A DNA stretch of 64,000 nt, taken from the NCBI GenBank assembly GCA_048013815.1, contig CM106586.1:12710001-12774000 (forward strand). The letters are read 5' to 3'. The DNA is from Setoptus koraiensis (lineage: Eukaryota; Animalia; Arthropoda). Of the stretch, positions 24,540 to 35,780 are shown piece after piece. A program made the position numbers and the translations under genes. The first letter of the stretch is position 1. Each line of letters starts with the position of its first letter. The notes under the pieces were generated by a model. The model did not search any database and was not told where the DNA came from. It saw only the letters and a program-made list of their open reading frames with translations.

Positions 24540-26537
24540 ATGATGTCCACCCTAACAACCGTCATCGTGATCACCCTATGTTTTTTGCATGTCATGACCA
24601 TTGTCAGTCCGGTCCATGGTTTCGGTTCAATGTCGGTCGACCTGGGTAGCGAGTGGATGAAAGTGGGCCTAGTCGCGCCCAGTATCCAAATGGATATTGT
24701 TCTAAATCCGCATAGTCAACGTAAGACGCCTATGGCAATAAGTATCCTCAATGGTGAAAGGTACATTGGAGACGCTGCGGCCGATATTGCTAGTAAATAT
24801 CCAGAGAAGACATTTACACATTTTTTGGATCTAGTCGGCAAATCTGAGGACCACGAATCAGTGAAAGTCTATAAGCAGAGGTTTCCTTATGCCAACATTA
24901 CTAAACATGAAAACTCGACATCCACTATAGTGCTGTCGCATCCCGAAGGTATGAATTTCACACCAGTAGAACTAATAGCCATGATGCTAGAGCATGCGCA
25001 TGATCAAGTACTAAACCGACTAAACAACCTAGAGCCAGTCAATGACGTTGTCTTGACAGTTCCACCATATTTTGATCAAACTGAACGAAACGCAGTTTCG
25101 ACTGCCGCCACTTTGATAGGCCTGAACCCATTACAACTAATCAATACCAACGCGGCCTTTGCCTTATCTTACGGTGTGTTCAGGCATAGATATGACCAAG
25201 GAAACACGACAAGCATCTTGTTCTATGATCAAGGAGCCTCCTCAACCTCAGCCACAATTGCCGATTATGAGCAAGTGGAGCTGTTAAATCCGGATGGCAG
25301 TAGTAAAAATGAGACAGTGCCCCAAGTTTCTATCAGGGCAGTGACTTACGATAGGTATCTTGGTGGTTTTGATATGCAACTTAGATTGCGTGATCATTTG
25401 GCTAAAGCGTTCGCCAAACAATCTGGTATAAAATTAGAAAAGATTTTAGCGAGAGGCAAATCAGCCGCAAAACTACTGAAAGAGGCTGGACGAGTGAAAA
25501 AAGTTTTGAGCGCTAATGCTGATTATGTAGTTAAGATAGAGAATGTTATGGATGATAAAGATTTAAAATTAGCTATATCTAGACAAGAGTACGAAGATAT
25601 GTGCAAAGATCTCTTATCGAGCCGCGCCACCAGGCTTATTGAGGATCTGATGTTTCAGACTGATATGACAAGAAAAGATCTTGAAACTGTTATTATTGTG
25701 GGTGGAAATACTAGAACGCCTAAAGTTCAACAAGTGATCATTGATTATATGGGATTAGAGCAATTGGGCAAATCTATTAATGCTGACGAAGGAGCAGCTT
25801 TGGCTGCATTATATCAAGCAGCCAGTTTGGGCAGAGGTTTTAGAGTGAAAAAGTTCATTTTGAAAGATGCTGGTGACCAGCCTGTTACGCCGACCACAGC
25901 CGCTGCCGACGAACAACAACAACAACAGCTAAATGTCTCGATCTCAAACGAAGCTAATCCGAACGTTAGTGCAGCAAATCAGAATCTTCTCACTTTATAT
26001 TCCGAGGAAGACATAAACAGTATGAGATTGCGATTGAGCCATCTCAGACAACAAGAAACACTACGCCTTCAGCGTCTTTCATTGCGAAACTCTTTGGAGT
26101 CATTGATTGTTGAGGCCAGAGAAAAAGAATCTCTCGAAGAGGAGGCGCAAAAACTTATCACCGAAATATCCTCTTGGATTGATGATGGTACACCTGAATT
26201 ACAAAATGTCACTTTATTGGCTGAGAAATACACCGCTTTACACACAATGATTTATCCTGTGGTCGTTCCAGAACCCGAACCAGAACCTCAGCCTGAATCT
26301 GATATGACTGTGCCCTCGCCTAGCACAATCGAGGAGATTTTATCTAAACTCAATGTTACAGCTGAGGAATTAAAAAAGAAGTTTGCACCCGGTTCTACCG
26401 ATTCTCCAGAAGGTTCTACCGATTCTCCAGAAGGTTCTGCCGATTCTCCAGAAGGTGATAACAATAGCACCGACAGTACTATTGCACCAAATGCTACTCA
26501 ATCACAATCTGATGAGACCCACCATACAGAACTTTAG
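24540..26537 (+). CDS. HYOU1: Hypoxia up-regulated protein 1 / Grp170 (ER Hsp70-family nucleotide exchange factor) moiety, in frame with the MIC19-like segment; shortened
   Basis: Signal peptide MMSTLTTVIVITLCFLHVMTIVSPVHG followed by 'MSVDLGSEWMKV', 'LNPHSQRKTP', 'KLLKEAGRVKKVLSAN', 'GGNTRTPKVQ', 'INADEGAAL' and 'FRVKKF'; ends in the KDEL-like HTEL. Confidence 0.92.
   Translation: MMSTLTTVIVITLCFLHVMTIVSPVHGFGSMSVDLGSEWMKVGLVAPSIQMDIVLNPHSQRKTPMAISILNGERYIGDAAADIASKYPEKTFTHFLDLVGKSEDHESVKVYKQRFPYANITKHENSTSTIVLSHPEGMNFTPVELIAMMLEHAHDQVLNRLNNLEPVNDVVLTVPPYFDQTERNAVSTAATLIGLNPLQLINTNAAFALSYGVFRHRYDQGNTTSILFYDQGASSTSATIADYEQVELLNPDGSSKNETVPQVSIRAVTYDRYLGGFDMQLRLRDHLAKAFAKQSGIKLEKILARGKSAAKLLKEAGRVKKVLSANADYVVKIENVMDDKDLKLAISRQEYEDMCKDLLSSRATRLIEDLMFQTDMTRKDLETVIIVGGNTRTPKVQQVIIDYMGLEQLGKSINADEGAALAALYQAASLGRGFRVKKFILKDAGDQPVTPTTAAADEQQQQQLNVSISNEANPNVSAANQNLLTLYSEEDINSMRLRLSHLRQQETLRLQRLSLRNSLESLIVEAREKESLEEEAQKLITEISSWIDDGTPELQNVTLLAEKYTALHTMIYPVVVPEPEPEPQPESDMTVPSPSTIEEILSKLNVTAEELKKKFAPGSTDSPEGSTDSPEGSADSPEGDNNSTDSTIAPNATQSQSDETHHTEL
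26391..26456 (+). repeat. 21-bp coding tandem repeat x3 (GSTDSPE) in the HYOU1 tail
   Basis: GGTTCTACCGATTCTCCAGAA occurs twice, then once with one substitution. Confidence 0.9.
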
Positions 26538-28009
26538 TAATAATATATTTAATTAGACATTTGAGAATAATAAAATTGTATGAGTTATTGGTAATTATTA
26601 ATAATGTCTCACCTGCGTCCTGATATTACAATTGACTTTGGCCTACAATCTCTGCAATTTCTTCCATATCGACTGTAATTTCAAGGTATTTAACAATCGG
26701 TCTGACCATCACCATGATCAGACCATCCCAATGTCAACTTCCTACCATTGTTTCATCAAAGGACAATATGCGTTCACTGTCAACCACCCACAGTTCATGT
26801 CCATTCGCTTGTCAATCACCGGACCGTCCGAATAACAACAACAGCAATGACAGCTGCAGCTTCATCTGCAACTGCTAGTCCAAGATAGTTGTCGCAATCA
26901 AAGATCAATAAACATTTCCATCACTGAATATGAATATGAACAATAGAATAAGTTGAATGGTCATCGTCGTCGGCACATCCGATTCTTACGAGCCAAAGCG
27001 AGCGAATACATGAAAGTCTATGGATAGTGGCGATACTTGGACAATTGAGACAATAGCAGCAGTAGCAGCATTCAACGATCCTCTGCGATCATCGACCAAG
27101 ACAACGACCAAGACCACAAGCCGAGTGCAAGACAATCAGGTTTGAGGGCTGAATTGTTTTTCTATTCTGGTTCAGTGGTCGCCAACTAACCGTTTACCAA
27201 GAATAACTGGACTGAAGTTGGCCACAGTTTAAGTGCGGTGGCTCCATGGTCGATGATGATTGTTGCCCAAACATCTGTTAGCTGTTACATAACCATAATT
27301 ACATTACCTGTTACCACTGACGTTACAATTAACAGTGGCTCGATTGGCACATTTAGAGCGACCTTCACCTCATTACTTGGTTGTCAGCGACACTTGTGAG
27401 CGTTTAACGTCAACACGGTATCAATTTGCACCTAACTATGTCTAATGATTTGTTGCAAAGTGACTTTTTAAGTAACATTGGTAATAATAGATGAATGAAA
27501 AATTACTCTTAAATTGACTGATTGACTCATGACGAACGAGCGAAGTAACAAGCGAAAAATTGTCGTCACTGATTCGAGGGTTATTTCGATACAGTGTGTG
27601 TTACATAATTGGGCCTGTGTAATGGGTGCTAAGCGACTCAACTTTTTCTATCGTAGCAGCCTGTTTGTCAGCAGCTTACAACAAACTGTCCAATATGATT
27701 GCTGGATATGATGTTGCTGTCATCAACTGTCAATGAGCAGTGCTACTGGATGGCCTGCCATACAATGGTTACGCAATTGTCGGAATAGTTGGTATTGCTG
27801 GCTGTATAGCTGTGATAGCGATTTCGATGAGCAATTGACGCTTGCATAGAGTCCGCTTGTTGTTCTATGCCGTATGTCAAACGTTGAATGGCCAATCGAA
27901 ATCAAGGTAAGCCTAGCTGGTTTAATATCAATATTACATCACCGGCTATGATTATTGTTGTTTGTTAAACTGGCTTATGCAGCAACGTAAGCTTAGCCAA
28001 TTTACCTGG

Positions 28010-28081
28010 TCGGATTGGCTCGAATCGGATTGGATCAGATCGGATTGGATTGGATCGGATAAGATAGGATGTGATGTGATC
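28010..28081 (+). repeat. Degenerate pentamer repeat (GGATT/GGATC/GATGT)
   Basis: TCGGATTGG...GATCGGATTGGATTGGATCGGATAAGATAGGATGTGATGTGAT. Confidence 0.7.
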
Positions 28082-30337
28082 TCGGCAGGCCGGTGTTGTT
28101 GTTTGCTGATTTGACTGCTATTTACTGGTTTCTGTTTGGCACAAAACAGAATTATGTCTGTGTATGCTTCTTCTAAACCTTCTCTAACAGTCTCGCGCGC
28201 CTTACACTGTCTCTGGTGGTCAATCTGTCGCACCATTCAGCAATTTGTCTGGCCAATGCCACTTGTTCTTGTCATTTGTTCATAAACTTCAATGGAGGAA
28301 GAATGGCGACTCTTACGTAATAGTCATAGCGAGAAAGAGAGAGAGAGAGAGTTTGCTCAATCTGAGTGCACATTTGGCCGAGCGAAATGTCGTTGTCGTC
28401 GTCATCGTCGGCCGTTCGGCGAGCTTCAGGTAGCCAAAGTAAAAACATGAAAAGCAGCAAATGTCTATCGAAAGCAATCAGTCAATCACAGTATCATAAT
28501 TGTAATCTTGTTGTTGTTGTCAATCAAATAATATTTATAATAACACATCAATGAATGAACTATTGCCGTCGTCGTCCATTCAACTATTACACTGCTGACT
28601 ACTGTAAAACTACGGATATGATGTAATTATGACAAGTGCACTCGGTTTCGTCGTCGTGACCTTCCTCGAGCTACTGCCACTCGGCTGTTTGCCACTGTAA
28701 AATCAGTTCAATGCGTCGTCTAATAAGAAGAAAGAGAGGGAAAAAGAGAGATACACAACAACAAATAATAATATAATCAAAATATAATAATCATGATAAT
28801 ATTGGTCGTGCCCTCGGTGTGTCACTGTGTGTATGTGTGTGTCTCTCTCTCTCGCTCCCCATGTCTCAATCTCTTGAGGTCTGGACAAAATGATTTTCGA
28901 CCAATCGTGGCATGATTTGCTCTTGTTGTTTGCTCATCATCTAGTGGGCACAAGTAATACAATCATCGTCATTGTTGTTATATGTTGTTGTTGTTATTTA
29001 ATTAATAAATGATCACGATCAATTTGTTTGCGACCAATGAAGCACGACCAGTCTTGTCTGCTTTCTCTCTGACGGGACTAAACGGGAATCTTCTTCAGCA
29101 AAACCAATTCATAGCTATGTAATAACAATATAGATACTTGCACAACCAATTTCATATTTGTACTACCTGTTTGATTTGTCACAAACAGGTCGCATGGTCA
29201 TGCTAATCATCTTGTTGATATGGCAACAAACTCAATTGACTTTTGGCCGTCATTAGCTGCACTATAGTGTGTTCGTACATTGTGTAACCACAGGTACAAT
29301 AGATGACATAATTATAAACTAATTTGAATTGGCCAAATATAATGTCGCAATATCAAATATGGGCACAGAGACAAAGCATGTGTCAGTGGGCAGCATCAAG
29401 CGTCGATGTGTAAGTAGTCGACAATTGTTTGTTGCATATAAAAGTGTTTCTATCGCCTAACCAATGCCAGCTAGCCAGCCGGCCATTTATTCGGCTAAGG
29501 GCAGCAGTGAGATTGTTTATTGCGCAAATCCCGCCCCCGATTATCTTTATAGAAAGAGAAACGGGAAAAGGAAAAAGGGAAAAACGGAAAAAGAAAAGAA
29601 AGTCACCTGTCTTATTCATTCATCCTGTGAGCTGTATTTGTATATCTAGCATGCAATTGTGTGCCTGGTTACATAACAGTACAACAGGTTCAGATGAATT
29701 GAGCAAGAGAAAACTGGGATGTACGAATGCAATGCAAAGGCCGCGCCAACAACCAACTCAGCAGCACATCGTTTCAATGGCACCAATGGCATTGGCATTA
29801 TTAGATATGTTACTACATCATGCAAAGAGATATCAAACTTGTGATGCTGACACGATGTTTGACTACAACATCGGACTGACAACTTGAAATACAAATTAGG
29901 CCAACTTGAAATGTTTAGCATTCATTGAGTTCCTTAGCGCGCGCGCGCTACATCCGTTACGTATAATAGTAAATATTTAAATTTTCATCAACTGCGACAT
30001 ATCGAGTGACAATTTAAAATTTTTCAACAGTGCCATTCAAGTTAATTACCAGTGCAGCCCAGTGGAGTGCAAACACTCAATCTTTGATCACTTAGAACGA
30101 GAAAATAGAGCGAAATTTCATCGGCCACAAGGCAGACTCAACGATGTCTTCATTTGTCAGATACAACTTAATAAATAACAAAATTAAATCGTTACTGACC
30201 TGTTGTCAAGGTGTGCGAAGTTAAATCAACACTTAGAACATTCCATAATCTACCTATAATAGAGTGCATCTATAATTCATTGTAAAACAAGCAAAATAAT
30301 ACTGACATCAGAGAAAAATAAAGTCCCATTGAAAACA

Positions 30338-30776
30338 ATGACCAATCTAACTCCGTTAATCTATCTCTGCCTGGTGGTAATGTTACTTTGCTCAACATTA
30401 GGCTCAATTTTATGCCATTATGGACGCACTCAATACCACGAACAGGTATCTATCGCTATGCTGACTTCTCATTGACTTTTGTAATTTTCCAGCAACAAAC
30501 AAACTAACTTAAATGAACTCAAACACACATAACCAACTAACCCTGCAGGGCCTCTATGGACCGAAAAGCTACAGATTCGGTTACACCACCGGTGATTACG
30601 CAAACCCTCAGGAGAGGCATGAAGTGTCTGATGGATACGGCCACGTGAAAGGCTGGTACTCGTATAAGGACGCCACTGGCAAGATACAGGTTATTCATTA
30701 TGAGGCACATCCTAAGCATGGCTTCAAAGTGCATCATAGCAAGGCCAAGAAACATTATAAGCACTACACTAGCTGA
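30338..30776 (+). CDS. Cuticle protein with Rebers-Riddiford chitin-binding domain, exons 30338-30445 and 30549-30776 (111 aa)
   Basis: Exon 1 encodes a signal peptide (MTNLTPLIYLCLVVMLLCSTLG). 103-nt GTATCT...CTAACCCTGCAG intron, phase 0. Exon 2 carries the RR motif 'YRFGY...RHEVSDGYGHVKGWYSYKDATGKIQVIHYEAHPKHGF'. Confidence 0.85.
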
Positions 30777-31650
30777 CACTAATTAATGTCCAAATAATGT
30801 TGATAAACAACATTATCGACATATATCAATTCAATTAATCAGGGTACTAATGGACAAAATTTTGTCCATTGTTCAACTGTGTTAGTTATCTAATCAGCTT
30901 ATCATATTTTTAAATAGGCAGTTAGTTATTAGCTGACAACTGACAGCTCCCACAAACTATAATCATACATTACCAATGTTTTCGCTATTAGATATTATTA
31001 TAACCAATTATCATTACAGATATTATTTATTACACTTATTTATTTATATAAAACATAAATCGTAACAATGATGTGAACTCAAAAATCAGGTTTATTTCTG
31101 TTTCCGGTTTGTCGTTCACGACCCACGCTCTTTTTTTTTTCGCTCAATTTCTACCCTGGCTTTCCATTTTAACTATTAACTACTTTTACTGAAGAGTTCC
31201 CTTTTAATTGAACATTGGTTAGTTTATTTCATAACTAACACATCATTGGATATTTATAGATATCCGCCATTCACAGTAATGAGATCATATTCATCCAGAT
31301 CCAGGGTGGATTTGAATATCGTTGAACAACTACGGATATCCAAACATCTATCGCCCCTCTAGTTTGTAAGACTAATGATGTCTAGTAATAAAGGGGGGAG
31401 CCAAGTTTTAGATCTGTTTTTTCGACTATAAATTGCTTGTGTTCAAAGCTGAGTTGTGACTCACAGGTCTTGAGGTTGATGAGTTATGAGTACAATTAGT
31501 TATAAAATTTCGTTCTGAGATAATCGAGTTTTTCCTCATTCGGCCATTCTTGCTTTGTAATCTTCCTCGTTTTCTGATCCTGAGCTCAATTCTTCGGTGT
31601 TGCGTTGTCGTACACTAGTTTTAGTCTTGCTTGGTCTCATGTTATCGAAT

Positions 31651-33643
31651 TTATCGGAACACTCTGGCGTCCATTACAACGCACGACACCCCGACTCTAG
31701 GTTGCTTCATGGATGCACGATACGACCACCTTTGATGAACATAAAAGTAGAGCAAAAGTGAACGAAATTCGATGGATCAGTGACAGTATTGTATGGAAGA
31801 AGATGAAGTCAAAGGAACAGTGTAGGCATCATCCAACCGGGCAAATGGTGTGACCAGTGAAATTCTTAGCAAACACCCCGATTCCAAATACTCACATTTC
31901 TCTAGATGTGTCATAGACTTCGACACTTTTTAGCCATTGTGTTCTATCATGCCCACCGACAGCATAAATAAATCTACCCAAGACAGCTAGACCGAGAGAT
32001 GATCTAGATTGTTTCATAGATGGCATACTTTGCCAAACATTCTTGGCAGGGTCATATCTCTCGCAACTGTTGATGTGACGAATTCTGTTCTTGCCTCCAA
32101 CAGCATAAATATATCCCTTGTGGGTCACACAAGCTAGATCTCGCCTATGAATTTTCATCTTGTTCATCAAAGACCATTTACCTAACTCAGGATCATATCT
32201 TTCGACTGTATTGAGTGCATCATCCGAATCTTTTGAGCCTAATCCACCCATTACATAAATGAAGTTGTCCACAACAACAGCTCCAGCGCCACTTCTTGCA
32301 TGATTGAGAGGTGCGCATTTCGACCAAGAACTTTGGATAAGGTTGCAAGCATACACATCTTTGTGGACTGCTTCATCATCATGACCTCCGATTACGTATA
32401 ATATATCGCCCGAGATTGCTAATGAAACGCCTGCTCTTCTAATTTTCCTTAGGGTAGTAATTGCAAGGCTCTGTTTACTTTCGATGTCATAACGTCCAAT
32501 CGTCAAGTTATCCACATCTTGCGCTATATATCTCGCAGAATATATAAATTGTCCAGATTTTATCATAGTGAATTTGCCTTTCAGGTAATCGCATTCTATA
32601 TCATCACTCTCTTCCCATGTATCTGGCTTGGCATGATACTTTTCGACACTTGTGCAACAACCTCCAAATGCGAACAATCTTAAATGGCTATAAAAATGTC
32701 GTGGTTCAAACCTCGGGTCCCACTTTGTTGTTCTACATCCGGTTAATAAATGGTCTTTTGCTTTCTCCACCCAATTACGCAATTCTTCATTTTGTCTGAT
32801 TAATTCATGACTGGCAACCTCCACGAGATATCTCGAATGCATCTGAGAGAATCTTACATGCCTCAACAAATCCGAGGCGTATTTAAGTCTATCTCCATGG
32901 ACTAGGTTTATCCATCTTACAACGGCTTCATAAACTTTGCTCTCTGATGAAACATTCAATTCATCTTCTTGGATTAGTGTAGTCAATCGATCCACTGTAA
33001 GATGGAGGAACTCTTCACTTTTGGCTACCTCTTCGAAATTGTTCAAACAGTATTCCATAGCACAATCCTTCAAGTCTTGACAATCGTGCGAGTCGGCCAA
33101 CAAGGCAATGCCTAAACAATTACTTGGGTTCAATTGTGGCTTCAAATAATAACTACATTTTGCTTGTATCTTGCCCATCTGTAAGAAGGAACTTGCAGCA
33201 AACAAATTTTCTACATTGTCATCGTTTATTTCTATGCGAGCCGTATAAGCATAATTGAGAATCAACTCGAAAGTCTTGTGGTTCATACTATTCAATGTCA
33301 AGTCAGGTTCCCACGATTCTTTGAAGCTTCTTGTGAACATAGCTTTGAAAAATGGTGAACAGGCCGCTAGGACCAACCTGTGGGCAGGAAATTTCTTGCC
33401 TTCCACATTGATTACAACATCACAGAATAACTTCTCCAATCTTAAATCGTTAACAGAATATACAAGATCCCTTAATTGAGTTATCTCATCATTTAGGTCT
33501 TCATTCTCTTGGGATTGAAAACATGAACATTTTGGCCGGATTTTTATCACGCTGGCGGAAAATTCAGATGTCGTTGAGGTTTTTACATTCCTGGGCCAAT
33601 ATTGTTCTGCCATTGATACTAGATTCGTCCAACAATTTTTCAT
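31651..33643 (-). CDS. Kelch-like protein (BTB-BACK-6xKelch), exons 33643-31896 and 31729-31651
   Basis: BTB 'FCDVVINVEGKKFPAHRLVLAACSPFFKAMF', BACK domain and GG-containing Kelch repeats. A GTGAGT donor at 31895 and an AG at 31731-30 (166-nt intron) add 'WSYRASMKQPRVGVSCVVMDARVFR*', completing the last repeat; this exon is absent from the ORF track. Confidence 0.9.
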
Positions 33644-34316
33644 GGTTATCAAGAAAATATCTAAAGATGCAAATGCACTATTGTCACAGAACAATAGTAA
33701 ATATGTTAATCAATCAAAACGGCTGTCGCACAACCGATGTTGTTGTCGAGGTTTCATTGGCCGCTTTATCAGTCGGAATGACACGTCATAATTTATGACT
33801 CATAAATCTTCACTTTGTTTGATTTGTTTTACTAAACTCATCCTTTACTGCCTCGACAGAATACGAATAATGTCAATAATAAGATGACGTCACCAACACC
33901 CGCTTTGCCTATGAGCCAGCCAGAGAATCTCATGCGACATGATGTTCACCCTGCCTTTCCCGCCAACTTCAACTTGTAACCTCCGTTAAATTGTGATCGG
34001 TTCTACTAGACCGGCCAATCTGATAGGTTAAAACAAAAAAAAGAGGTCATCTTATTCATTTAGTTCCCTATACGAATATAGCCAAAGGAATAGAGCACAT
34101 GTATTCAATGAAATCACATGTCTTTGGCAAGACACATGATTTGATTGCATTGAACTTGCAGCTCGTCACTCACCGAGATATTTTGACTTTCAACGAAAAT
34201 TTGACTTTTTACTGTTCATAATAAACCATTAGAATCAGAGATAAGTGTAAAAGATTTATACAACTATGGGGTACCGTTGCATATCGAACCCGACCAGCCA
34301 GAGAAATTTGATTTTT

Positions 34317-35780
34317 TCAATCCACCAAGGCCAACTTTTCAATGAGTTCAGCAGCTTTCTCCGGACCTTCGCTTGGCAGACGCATCTCCCGACTAACTCT
34401 TCTGATATTATCTTTCATCACATTGTCCTCTAGAACTCTCCTTATTATATCGAGCAACAATTGATCTGATTCGGGCTGGCCCAAATCCACGCTGGCAGCC
34501 AAATGTTTCTCTTCCATTCGCACTGCGTTATCATATTGATCGCAAAACATTGGGCACACTATGATGGACGGGACGCCAGAATAAAGACATTCGGTTATTG
34601 TATTATTTCCGCCATGTGTGATTACCAGATCCGCCAAAAGTAAAATCTCTTTCTGTGGCACATGCCTGGTTCCCCACATATTTGACGCTAAACTATAATC
34701 GTTATGTTTAGGACCCTTAGAAACAATTACCTGATACGGTGTTTCGGCGAGAAGTTTTACAAGACGCTTCATCATTTCTACATCGATACTAGCGATTGTG
34801 CCCAATGATAAAAATACGAGTTTTTTACTATTGTTGCGAGACCGTTCGATGAAATGGCGTAAATCCTGGGGTAAATCGAGTGATTCTAACAATGATTTAG
34901 TTGTTAAATTATCACAATTGTCATGCAATCTTTCAATTTGCTTCTTCGGCCTGTTCACTGATTGGATACGTACCCAACCGTCCAAGGGGTGACCTAGTTC
35001 TTGATCGTAGTCCAGTTCTCGTGGAAAAATATATATATTCAAGTAAGGTGAATCGGGCATCATGAAGCTCAAGTCTTGCAATTCCAATTGTGCCGAATCA
35101 GCTAGATGCTTAGCCAGTGGCCAGACAGGTTTCATGCCTGTGTGAAACTGCTCCCAGCTGAGTTTTCTGTCGGCCTCGCCAACATTAACGGATACACCTA
35201 GAAAGGGCGCGGGAAATCTATCTGGTTGACGTCTGCTATACACAAACAACGCATTTGGCGAATTTATCTTAACCCATTTCTGTTTGTAGCTGGGCTTCAT
35301 TATGGCCGGTATACAAAAGGGATGATCCACCACTATGACGTTGGGCCTCAAATCATCTATTACTTCTTTGAGAAGCTGATCCCAGACAGGATCTGACAAA
35401 AAGTCAGTGTAGTGGGTCATATTTTTCATTACATTGACTAAAGACTCAAATTTGCTTGTCCCGTATGACACATGTTGCATGTGGTTTGCCATTCTCTCGT
35501 CTACCTTGCCGATTGTTTGTGATTCTTGAGGCTTTTTCATTTGTCCTTCTCTTTCTCTTTGTTTCCTCAATTCCGACAAGCAAACAATACGTTCGTCTGT
35601 TGGGCCAATATCGTTGATAGACAACAAAACTGTTTCGTGGCCTCTTCGTCTCAGCTCTCTTGCCATGCTCACGGCCGGATTAATGTGTCCCTGACCTTCG
35701 AAAAAAAAGAATGCAAACAGCATTTTTTCGCCTTTACATGTTGTCATGTTGTCGCTTGATACTCTTGTTAATCCACTCAT
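34317..35780 (-). CDS. UDP-glycosyltransferase, family GT1, bacterial MGT-like cytosolic type, intronless
   Basis: N-terminal 'EGQGHINP' catalytic His and the UDP-sugar signature 'HVPQKEILLLADLVITHGGNNTITECLYSGVP...PMFCDQYDNA'. No signal peptide and no C-terminal TM anchor. Start could be a downstream ATG (35748 or 35723). Confidence 0.9.
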   Translation of the reverse strand: MSGLTRVSSDNMTTCKGEKMLFAFFFFEGQGHINPAVSMARELRRRGHETVLLSINDIGPTDERIVCLSELRKQREREGQMKKPQESQTIGKVDERMANHMQHVSYGTSKFESLVNVMKNMTHYTDFLSDPVWDQLLKEVIDDLRPNVIVVDHPFCIPAIMKPSYKQKWVKINSPNALFVYSRRQPDRFPAPFLGVSVNVGEADRKLSWEQFHTGMKPVWPLAKHLADSAQLELQDLSFMMPDSPYLNIYIFPRELDYDQELGHPLDGWVRIQSVNRPKKQIERLHDNCDNLTTKSLLESLDLPQDLRHFIERSRNNSKKLVFLSLGTIASIDVEMMKRLVKLLAETPYQVIVSKGPKHNDYSLASNMWGTRHVPQKEILLLADLVITHGGNNTITECLYSGVPSIIVCPMFCDQYDNAVRMEEKHLAASVDLGQPESDQLLLDIIRRVLEDNVMKDNIRRVSREMRLPSEGPEKAAELIEKLALVD

